Source: an uncultured virus (IMG/VR IMGVR_UViG_3300042466_001016) (Duplodnaviria; Heunggongvirae; Uroviricota; Caudoviricetes). From it: a stretch of DNA of 20,000 bases. This document shows, piece by piece, positions 1 to 6,983 of this stretch. Made by a program: the position numbers and the translations under genes. The stretch lies in IMG/VR virus record IMGVR_UViG_3300042466_001016; one strand, given 5' to 3'. A model generated the notes under the pieces. The model saw only the letters and a list, made by a program, of their open reading frames with translations. It ran no database searches and had not been told where the DNA came from. The first letter of the stretch is position 1, and each line of letters starts with the position of its first letter.

Positions 1-911
1 TCTGCTATAAGCTTTCTGATATATTGTCTAATAATAGGAATAGTAGTACCATCACTAGGAAATTTTTTTAATTTTATTATACCACCACCTTCTTTTGAAG
101 CAATTTGTTTTTCACGACATAAACCCATAATTTCTTCTTTGTGAATTGATAAATTGTTCAATTCAATCCCAGTCCAACAAGCCAAGTGTTTTCTTTGAAT
201 TACCTTTGGGTTGTCTTCAAAAAATATTTGTAAAACATTATGACCATCGTTTTTAGCAGTGTTTGCCAATTTGGTAATCATGGTCGTTTTTCCAACCCCA
301 AAAGCAGCCAAAATAACACCCAATTCTCCCTTTGATAAACCACCATCCATGTATTCATCTAAACCGTTGATACCTGTCCTAATTGGTTTTCTGAAATCGT
401 CCATCAACACATCTTTTATGTTATCAAAGACATCCATACCATCGTCTTTGCTATCGCCGTGCTCTATGGCTTTTTTTAAGATTTCTTCACATTCATCATA
501 CCTTTCAATATCACCAGTATCAATAATCTTTTGGATTTGTTTTATTGATTTTTTTAGCTCTTGTTGCTTACAGAATTTCATTGCAATATCTTGCACCTTT
601 AATGTATCATATAAACTAGCTTCTTTTACCCTAGCAAGTTGTTTGATTACAAATTTTTGTTGTACATCGTCTTTTATATCTTCTAACAATCTAAATTCGA
701 TGCTACCCATGTCTGGAACAATATCGTCTTTAACTTTGGCATCTTTTATAACAGCCGCCATTACCTTCATATAGGGGTCCTCAAAATAATTAGGGTCAAT
801 TATATCAATTATTGAGTTGGCGAAACGTGTATCTGTTAAGATTTGAGCCATTAATCTTAGTTGATAATCGTAACCTAAATACCCTAAATTATCTTTATTT
901 ATTTTTGCCAT
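1..911 (-). CDS. Replicative DNA helicase, DnaB/T4 gp41-like (3' end runs off the window)
   Basis: Manual translation from ATG at 911: MAKINKDNLGYLGYDYQLRLMAQIL...IRTGINGLDEYMDGGLSKGELGVILAAFGVGKTTMITKLA...VLQIFFEDNPKVIQRK...KLKKFPSDGTTIPIIRQYIRKLIA. It has the SF4 'TG..LD...GG...GEL' segment, Walker A GVGKT and the H1a Glu. The frame stays open to position 1. Confidence 0.93.
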   Translation of the reverse strand, partial: MAKINKDNLGYLGYDYQLRLMAQILTDTRFANSIIDIIDPNYFEDPYMKVMAAVIKDAKVKDDIVPDMGSIEFRLLEDIKDDVQQKFVIKQLARVKEASLYDTLKVQDIAMKFCKQQELKKSIKQIQKIIDTGDIERYDECEEILKKAIEHGDSKDDGMDVFDNIKDVLMDDFRKPIRTGINGLDEYMDGGLSKGELGVILAAFGVGKTTMITKLANTAKNDGHNVLQIFFEDNPKVIQRKHLACWTGIELNNLSIHKEEIMGLCREKQIASKEGGGIIKLKKFPSDGTTIPIIRQYIRKLIA

Positions 912-965
912 TAGTTATATTTAACTTTAAAAAACATGTTATAATAAATATCTAAAAACGTTAGC

Positions 966-1466
966 TTAGGCTAACACTTTAGTATATTTTTTTTGACTCA
1001 AGAAATAACGTATCTCACCCATAATTAATGGAATGATTTCTTTGATGTCAACAGCATATCTAACTTTTGGTGGGAAGAAATTACCAGAAAACATTGATTT
1101 TCCAACCATTTTCTTATCTATTTTGATTTCAAATTGAAAGTTGTCAATTCTTTCGAAAATATTTCTTGGTATTTGGTCTTGGTTAGAAGAATACATGTTA
1201 TGATAACCCCATAAGTAATCAATAGCTTTGTTTTTTAGGTGTTTAGGTATGATACCCATTTCACCATATGAACCCATACTCATACTACAAATAGAATCCA
1301 TCAAATTTTTCATTTCTAAAGATGAAATAGATTCTTCGTTAAAGTCACGGATGTCAAAATACCGTTGGCAGATGATTTTGTTGTTAATGTAAAGAATAAA
1401 TTCGAATCTTTGTTCTTGAATTTTTTTAGGTTCGAAAGTTGTTTTGTTTGATGGATTTGTTGTCAT
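966..1466 (-). CDS. Hypothetical protein (~166 aa) with a two-fold internal repeat
   Basis: Track ORF 966..1535. The likelier start is ATG at 1466 (MTTNPSNK...), preceded by an A-rich leader and not overlapping the upstream gene. Confidence 0.8.
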   Translation of the reverse strand: MTTNPSNKTTFEPKKIQEQRFEFILYINNKIICQRYFDIRDFNEESISSLEMKNLMDSICSMSMGSYGEMGIIPKHLKNKAIDYLWGYHNMYSSNQDQIPRNIFERIDNFQFEIKIDKKMVGKSMFSGNFFPPKVRYAVDIKEIIPLIMGEIRYFLSQKKYTKVLA

Positions 1467-1482
1467 CGTTTTGTTTTTATAA

Positions 1483-2532
1483 TTAAAAAATATTTTCTCT
1501 ATTGATAAGTTTTTTGAACGGAAATAAGAAGTCATTGAATCTTGCCTCGCCTAGTGACTTATCTAACCCATCTCTTTTCATCATACTAAAAACATTCTTA
1601 AGTTCTCGGCCAGATGAGTCAAGGGTACCTTCTATTAAATGTTTTATCTCTCTTATTCCGTCTTCAGTCATCATTGGTTGATTCAGATTAACAAGTCGTT
1701 CATTTATTTCATAAATCTTGTCTTTTTGAACACCATCAGTTATTTTGTTTATGATATTATCCAATATCTTAAGAGGTTTCTTTTTGTTTTCGATTCGTTC
1801 TAATTGTTGTTTTTTCGCATTGTCTATTATTTCATTTAAAGTTACTTTTCTTTCTTTCAATTCTGGGAATAATTTAACCAACGTATCTTCACCTAAACCT
1901 TTTATACCTTTGATTGTATCACTGGTATCACCCACCATAGTTTTCATAAGAACTGAATTACCTTGGTGAAAACAAAAGTACGAAGAATAATTGGATAAAC
2001 CAACATATTCTTTTAAATCTAAGAAATAAATACGTATGTCGTTGGATATGAGTTGTAAAAAATCACGGTCTGTTGACACGATGGTTATTTTTTCGTTCAC
2101 CCGTTTGTTTAGACAACAGTATGCTATGAAATCATCACTTTCAATAATCTCGTGCTTTAGCTGTCTTACATACATTTCACTTAAATATTCCCAAACAACC
2201 CTACGTTGCTGTAATTCTGATTCGTCTATTGGGTGAGTTCCGTTTATATAGTCTTTGCCCCTACCACTCTTATATGGCTCGTAAATATCATATCTAAGTT
2301 TACCACTTAGGTTACCGTCCCAGAACACATATACTCTGTGGTATAAATCATCAATTAATAACTTTCTAAGTATTGTTAGGAACGCATATAAACCACCAAT
2401 GTGTTGACCATGCTCGTTGTATGTATTTTTAGCACCGAAAAAGCCATGTTTAAACAAGGCATTTCCGTCTACTAAAAGTGTGTTTTGTGTCTTCTCAACG
2501 ATTTCACCATTACGTGGTGGTCTTCTATTCAC
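1483..2532 (-). CDS. 5'-3' exonuclease/flap endonuclease, T4 RNase H-like
   Basis: GTG start. FEN/PIN motifs LLVDGNALF, VFWDG, R...Y..YK..R, ESDD, STDRDFLQL, and H3TH motif GDTSDTIKGIKGLGEDT. Confidence 0.93.
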   Translation of the reverse strand: MNRRPPRNGEIVEKTQNTLLVDGNALFKHGFFGAKNTYNEHGQHIGGLYAFLTILRKLLIDDLYHRVYVFWDGNLSGKLRYDIYEPYKSGRGKDYINGTHPIDESELQQRRVVWEYLSEMYVRQLKHEIIESDDFIAYCCLNKRVNEKITIVSTDRDFLQLISNDIRIYFLDLKEYVGLSNYSSYFCFHQGNSVLMKTMVGDTSDTIKGIKGLGEDTLVKLFPELKERKVTLNEIIDNAKKQQLERIENKKKPLKILDNIINKITDGVQKDKIYEINERLVNLNQPMMTEDGIREIKHLIEGTLDSSGRELKNVFSMMKRDGLDKSLGEARFNDFLFPFKKLINRENIF

Positions 2533-2552
2533 ATTATTATATTAAAGGGTTA

Positions 2553-3677
2553 TTACTCTTTTTCGTATGCGTTCGTATCTAAATCATATTCTTTGATATC
2601 GAAGTCGTCAAAGTTTGTGTTTAGTTTTTTGTTGATAAAATCTTTTTGTTCTTTTACATAGTTATTCTTTTCACTTGGATTAATAAAACCATGTGGTGTT
2701 GAACAAATACTACCCATTAACTCAATACCATTTACGTGATTTTTCACACACTCGATATCAGTCATCACACCAAATTGATAATCTTTACCACCTTGCGTTG
2801 CACTAAGTTTCTTGGCACTAGATGTAGACTTACCACCCATGTGGAATATCATACGTACACCATATTTGAAACCTTCACCACCATTGTGCATGATTGTTGG
2901 TTGCCCTACAGCGTTTGGTCTTAACCAAATCTTTTGTACCACAACGAATGTGTTGATATAAGGAGCACCTTCTCTTCTTGATGCTGGAATTCTGTAATTA
3001 AGAATTGATTCAAATTCTCTTTTTAAAGCACCAGCGGTCCACATGTTGTTATTTGTGTTTGACATAGCACCTTGGTAACAACCAATTGAACCAATTGAAT
3101 CCCAAAGAAATGTAATATTGTGAGGGAATTCACCCTTAGCTTGTTTGTCAAGAATTTCATTGATTAATTTAGCGATATCTTCAACCACTGGAATAAATCT
3201 TTGTGGTTCTGTTTTCATCTTGGCATCTTTGTAATCATAGTTTTGATACAAAGCTAATAAATCACTACCGCCAAAGTACATAAAATCTGGTCCATCATAA
3301 TCAACAACTACACCATCTTCATCAATAATTTCTTCAAATTTAAAACCCACTAATTTAGCGTGTTCCCAGTTAAAACTACCTTCAGTGTCAATGATGATAC
3401 AATAATCACCTAATTTTTGTGCACCAGCTAACGATTCATAAATACCTGTTGATTTACCAACATCAGAGAACCCTCTAAATTGCGTTGTATACCCACGAGG
3501 AACTCCAGGGACACCCACCGCATCATGAAACGCTTTTTTAAAAGGTATCCACGTTAATTCTTTTTCTTTTACAACTTGCGAACCTAAACCCAAGTTCTTT
3601 TTAAATGACGTGTTGTCAAATGATTTTTTTCCGATTGACTCTGTTTTTTCACCAGTTTTGCTTGGTTTCTTACTCAT
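2553..3677 (-). CDS. uvsX: RecA/UvsX-like recombinase
   Basis: GVPRG...RGFSDVGKST (Walker A), IIIDTEGSF, FLWDSIGSI (Walker B), GGEGFKY and VKNHV. It lies next to the SSB gene. Confidence 0.9.
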   Translation of the reverse strand: MSKKPSKTGEKTESIGKKSFDNTSFKKNLGLGSQVVKEKELTWIPFKKAFHDAVGVPGVPRGYTTQFRGFSDVGKSTGIYESLAGAQKLGDYCIIIDTEGSFNWEHAKLVGFKFEEIIDEDGVVVDYDGPDFMYFGGSDLLALYQNYDYKDAKMKTEPQRFIPVVEDIAKLINEILDKQAKGEFPHNITFLWDSIGSIGCYQGAMSNTNNNMWTAGALKREFESILNYRIPASRREGAPYINTFVVVQKIWLRPNAVGQPTIMHNGGEGFKYGVRMIFHMGGKSTSSAKKLSATQGGKDYQFGVMTDIECVKNHVNGIELMGSICSTPHGFINPSEKNNYVKEQKDFINKKLNTNFDDFDIKEYDLDTNAYEKE

Positions 3678-3710
3678 TTTATAATAATTTTATTTTTGTT
3701 ATTTTCTAGT

Positions 3711-3742
3711 ACAAAAAAAGGAGATTTCTCTCCTTTCCTTGT
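3711..3742 (-). terminator. Intrinsic terminator between ssb and uvsX
   Basis: Minus strand reads AAAGGAGA-GAAA-TCTCCTTT (3736-3717), with a GNRA loop, running into a T7 tract. Confidence 0.8.
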
Positions 3743-3759
3743 TTAATGTAAAACACTAA

Positions 3760-4656
3760 TTAAAATGGGAGGTCATCGACTTCATCTTCAGTAGATGTTG
3801 TAATTGGGTTCAAAGTTGTTGTAACAGTTTTTACACCAGCTTTTACATTTTCAACACCTAGTGTCAACTCACTATTCAAATTATTATCTTCTTCAGTTGC
3901 AGCTAAAGATACCTTATCAACAAAACATTTATTCTCTTTGTCCCACGCTGGAGTTCCACCTTTTACGATGATTTCCAAGTAGTCGTAAGTTTTAACAGCA
4001 TAAACATCTTCCCATGTTCTTGTATCGGCCAACCATTCAGCTGATTGTGTTGCATCTTCAGAAAGCGGTGATGGGTCCAATGAAGCAACAGCAGATACAA
4101 CTGGAACATTGTTTTGATTTCTATTGATACTCAACACAAGGTCACGACCAGTTTCAGCATTCGTAATGTCTTTTTTAATCGCATTAACAACACCTATGAT
4201 TTTGTCATAGATACCTTCTTTACGATAGTCATGGTTAAATCTCCAGAATTTAACACCTTCTTCTTGGTTCTCTCTGTCAATTACTTTGACGATATACATC
4301 AATTTGGCGTTGTATTTTTTAGCTAATTCTTTATCAGTATCTTTGCCAGTAGATAATAAAGCTGCACGAGCTTCGCAGAACGGACAAGCTTCATTTTTTT
4401 CATGTTGTAAACACGCAAATGTTTTCCATTCACCATCAACTTGGATTTTATGACCATAAAATTCTGTGAATGCTGTGCCCTTTGCAACTGGAAGGATTCT
4501 GATTGTTTTTGTTGCAGACTTAACACCTTCTTTAATAAAGGTATTAAAATAATTTTTAAGGTCGTAAACCTTATCAGTTTTCTTTTCGTACTTGGGTTTG
4601 TTGTTGGCCTCGTACTGTTCTAGCATAGCTATTAGTGGGTTTTGTTCTGTACTCAT
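3760..4656 (-). CDS. Single-stranded DNA-binding protein, T4 gp32-like
   Basis: TIRILP, putative Zn ligands H...C...CPFC, YIVKVIDR, GRDLVL, and acidic tail EDEVDDLPF. Confidence 0.88.
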   Translation of the reverse strand: MSTEQNPLIAMLEQYEANNKPKYEKKTDKVYDLKNYFNTFIKEGVKSATKTIRILPVAKGTAFTEFYGHKIQVDGEWKTFACLQHEKNEACPFCEARAALLSTGKDTDKELAKKYNAKLMYIVKVIDRENQEEGVKFWRFNHDYRKEGIYDKIIGVVNAIKKDITNAETGRDLVLSINRNQNNVPVVSAVASLDPSPLSEDATQSAEWLADTRTWEDVYAVKTYDYLEIIVKGGTPAWDKENKCFVDKVSLAATEEDNNLNSELTLGVENVKAGVKTVTTTLNPITTSTEDEVDDLPF

Positions 4657-4708
4657 TTTTTCTTTTTTTTGTTTATATATAATTGTTATTTTTCTCTTTT
4701 AGTTATTA

Positions 4709-4739
4709 CAAATATACGATATTATCTGTAAAAGTCAAG
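4709..4739 (-). promoter_or_regulatory. Bacteroidota sigma70-type promoter P1 for ssb
   Basis: CTTG (4739-4736), a 19-nt spacer, then TATATTTG (4716-4709). Matches the -33 TTG / -7 TAnnTTTG consensus. Confidence 0.8.
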
Positions 4740-4792
4740 CAAAATCTACAACTAAATTTTACCCAAAAAGGCTTGTTTTAGCGGTATTTTTA

Positions 4793-4824
4793 CAAAGATA
4801 CGAATCATTTTTGGATATTGCAAG
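4793..4824 (-). promoter_or_regulatory. Bacteroidota sigma70-type promoter P2 for ssb (tandem)
   Basis: CTTG (4824-4821), a 20-nt spacer, then TATCTTTG (4800-4793). Confidence 0.8.
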
Positions 4825-4852
4825 TTGCCAAATAAAAATAACTTATAAAAAT

Positions 4853-4881
4853 AAAAAAGCCCCTAATTAGGAGCTTTTTTT
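4853..4881. terminator. Intrinsic terminator, possibly bidirectional
   Basis: AAAAAAGC-C-CCTAATTAGG-A-GCTTTTTT inverted repeat with A/T tracts on both sides. It sits just after the stop of 4898..5662 and just before promoter P2. Confidence 0.8.
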
Positions 4882-4897
4882 ATTTGTGTATTTTTAT

Positions 4898-5662
4898 TTA
4901 TACGTCTTCTTCGTCATAATCCCGTATGGTTTCTTCATCATAAGGATTATCATTTATAGAAAATGATTTTCTAAGGTTGGCATCACTATATGATGAATCA
5001 ACATCATCTTTGGTTAGCACATATTCTTTTGGTTTTTCTTTGCCCATGACATCATAAGCACCTCCTTTGTCGGCCCAATAATCAGTTAATTTTTGATTGA
5101 AAGGATAAGAACTCAAAGACCTCATTTCCATTTTTTCAACTGGTGTGGGGTTGCGTTTGATGATTTCTTTTTCCAAACCTTCGATTTTATCAGAAATCTT
5201 GGACATACTAGCGACACGTGATTCTAAATCAGTTAATTTTTGTAAAAGCATTTCAGAGTTTTTACTAGCCATGTCAGCAGCACGTTTGGCTTCTTCTGAA
5301 CCCTTTACCAAAGAAGTAACATCAACTTCAACATCATTACTAGCTGGAGCAGCTGGTTCTGGTGTAGGTTCTTCAGCTGGAGCATCTGGTTCTGGAATAT
5401 CACTAGTAGATTCTTCACCATCAGCATCACCAGCATCAACACCCAAATCAGCGGCTACTTTATCAGCAGCACTATTTGCATTGTCTTCTGGTTTTAAATC
5501 ACTTGGTGCTTCGTCAGCCTCTTCCAATTGTTCATAACCTAGTATAAGGTCTTTGTACTCTGGTATTTCTTTTTTTTCTTGGTAAAAATCATATTCAGTT
5601 AAGAATTTGAATTTTCCAATTTCTTCTTTCAATAATTCTGGGTTAAATTTTTTCTTTTTCAT
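4898..5662 (-). CDS. Hypothetical acidic protein with a disordered E/D/P/A-rich linker and a coiled coil
   Basis: 254-aa ORF with the low-complexity segment EEADEAPSD...PEPAAPAS, then a heptad-like region LLQKLTDLESRVASMSKISDKIEGLEKEI. Confidence 0.8.
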   Translation of the reverse strand: MKKKKFNPELLKEEIGKFKFLTEYDFYQEKKEIPEYKDLILGYEQLEEADEAPSDLKPEDNANSAADKVAADLGVDAGDADGEESTSDIPEPDAPAEEPTPEPAAPASNDVEVDVTSLVKGSEEAKRAADMASKNSEMLLQKLTDLESRVASMSKISDKIEGLEKEIIKRNPTPVEKMEMRSLSSYPFNQKLTDYWADKGGAYDVMGKEKPKEYVLTKDDVDSSYSDANLRKSFSINDNPYDEETIRDYDEEDV

Positions 5663-5665
5663 AGA

Positions 5666-5866
5666 TTAAAATAATAATTGTCTTCCGTCTTCTGTTATTA
5701 TCTTTTTATTGATTCGCTCAACTAGGCTCTTATCACCTTTTATGATACAAACACCAGAACTACAATCCATATCTGGATTTTGACCATTTTCTAACATAGC
5801 ATCCAAGGCTTTATTTAAAACCTCAGCTTTTTTATCATCATTTTTTTTATTTATTTTGTTTTCCAT
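5666..5866 (-). CDS. Small hypothetical protein (66 aa)
   Basis: Tightly packed in the operon (3-nt gap to the next gene), with an A-rich leader and a CxxxxC motif. Confidence 0.75.
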   Translation of the reverse strand: MENKINKKNDDKKAEVLNKALDAMLENGQNPDMDCSSGVCIIKGDKSLVERINKKIITEDGRQLLF

Positions 5867-5915
5867 AACTTATAATTTTATTGTCGTTATTTTTACTATA
5901 AATATCACGAATCTA

Positions 5916-6317
5916 TTAAAAAACCCTTTCAATGTTGAAAATGCCTAGCTCTTTACCGTTTATAAGTATGATTTTGTTTTGGTATTCATCCCAATTAATC
6001 TTAAATGACTTATAATCGGTATTTCCAGCTGAAGTACCCATGGTTTGGTCAATAAGTTTATTAAGTGCGTTGATTGTATATAGGGCATTGCCCTTTTTGT
6101 GGATAGGGATAGCACTAGGGAATAAATCTTTTAGATTCATTCGCTTGCCTTCTGGTATTATCAATTTAAATGTTATAATAACCTTGGATTCATCATCTAG
6201 GTTTTTATAACAAAAAACTTTGTTTTTGGTAATATTAAATTTGGCCTCAAGGTATTCAAGGAACCATTCAACTCTCTCTGGAAATATGAATGAGGCTAGT
6301 AGTATTGTTTTGTCCAT
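5916..6317 (-). CDS. Hypothetical phage protein (133 aa)
   Basis: Co-oriented ORF with globular composition and the motif IHKKGNALYTINALN...INWDEYQNKIIL. Confidence 0.8.
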   Translation of the reverse strand: MDKTILLASFIFPERVEWFLEYLEAKFNITKNKVFCYKNLDDESKVIITFKLIIPEGKRMNLKDLFPSAIPIHKKGNALYTINALNKLIDQTMGTSAGNTDYKSFKINWDEYQNKIILINGKELGIFNIERVF

Positions 6318-6906
6318 TTCTTATCGAATATAAAAAAGGTAGATACCTTACTTTGTTATCCAAAGCCTCAATATTTTTTTTATATTCTATAAGTATCTTA
6401 GTTTCATCCAAAAAGACTCTACTAATTACGTTGATTCTACTTTTTATTTTGTTTGTGTCAATACCCATGAAACCCAATAGTTTCAAGTCAATTCCGAATA
6501 TAAAACCCTCACCATAAACATATAACATTTGTTCATTTAAAAAAGCAATCGGGTCTTTTAACGAATATATTTTTTTGATGATTTTTATTAGTGTTTTTCC
6601 TTTGTATTGTATAGGGTCAACAAATATATAACTAAGGTCACTGGTCAAATCAGCGTAAACCTTGGATATAAACCATTTTAAATCTGACTCGTACTTGTCA
6701 CGTTTTTCGGTCCTTTTAAATGTCCAATATTTGTTTTCACCCAATGATATATTGATGATGTCAAAGTCTGGGTATAGATTGTTGACTATATCGTACCCAA
6801 TGATTAACGTTGGCAATCCGTCAATTATTTCATTGACGGAATTTACCACGTTGAATTCTTCTGGAGCTTCTACTTTGCTAGTTGATACAATATTGGCAAT
6901 CTTCAT
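6268..6906 (-). CDS. Hypothetical protein (212 aa), probably leaderless
   Basis: ATG lies 5 nt after a -7 promoter element. The ORF overlaps the downstream gene by 50 nt and ends in TGA. Confidence 0.8.
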   Translation of the reverse strand: MKIANIVSTSKVEAPEEFNVVNSVNEIIDGLPTLIIGYDIVNNLYPDFDIINISLGENKYWTFKRTEKRDKYESDLKWFISKVYADLTSDLSYIFVDPIQYKGKTLIKIIKKIYSLKDPIAFLNEQMLYVYGEGFIFGIDLKLLGFMGIDTNKIKSRINVISRVFLDETKILIEYKKNIEALDNKVRYLPFLYSIRNGQNNTTSLIHISRES

Positions 6907-6910
6907 ATTG

Positions 6911-6942
6911 CAAAGGTACGAAAAAAATTATTAAAATACAAG
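6911..6942 (-). promoter_or_regulatory. Bacteroidota sigma70-type promoter P3
   Basis: CTTG (6942-6939), a 20-nt spacer, then TACCTTTG (6918-6911). Confidence 0.8.
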
Positions 6943-6983
6943 ATTATAAATAAAATAATTTTTTATGGAATTAGAATTAAATA

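Noticed and set aside
259..774. Plus-strand 171-aa ORF and all other plus-strand ORFs in the track (e.g. 5145..5537, 11437..11862, 18240..18680)
   Set aside because: They are antisense shadows of well-supported minus-strand genes, with Ser/Phe/Ile-rich composition and no motifs.
1467..1535. Upstream ATG for the 189-aa ORF
   Set aside because: It overlaps the RNase H gene. The ATG at 1466 has a better leader context.
4323..4526. Nested minus-strand ORFs 4323..4526 and 16364..16579
   Set aside because: They are short alternative-frame ORFs inside ssb and the 1413-aa gene, with no supporting signals.
1..4656. Inteins, introns or homing endonucleases in helicase, uvsX or rnh
   Set aside because: The ORFs are of normal length and continuous, with no splice motifs seen. 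UvsX has only a modest insertion.
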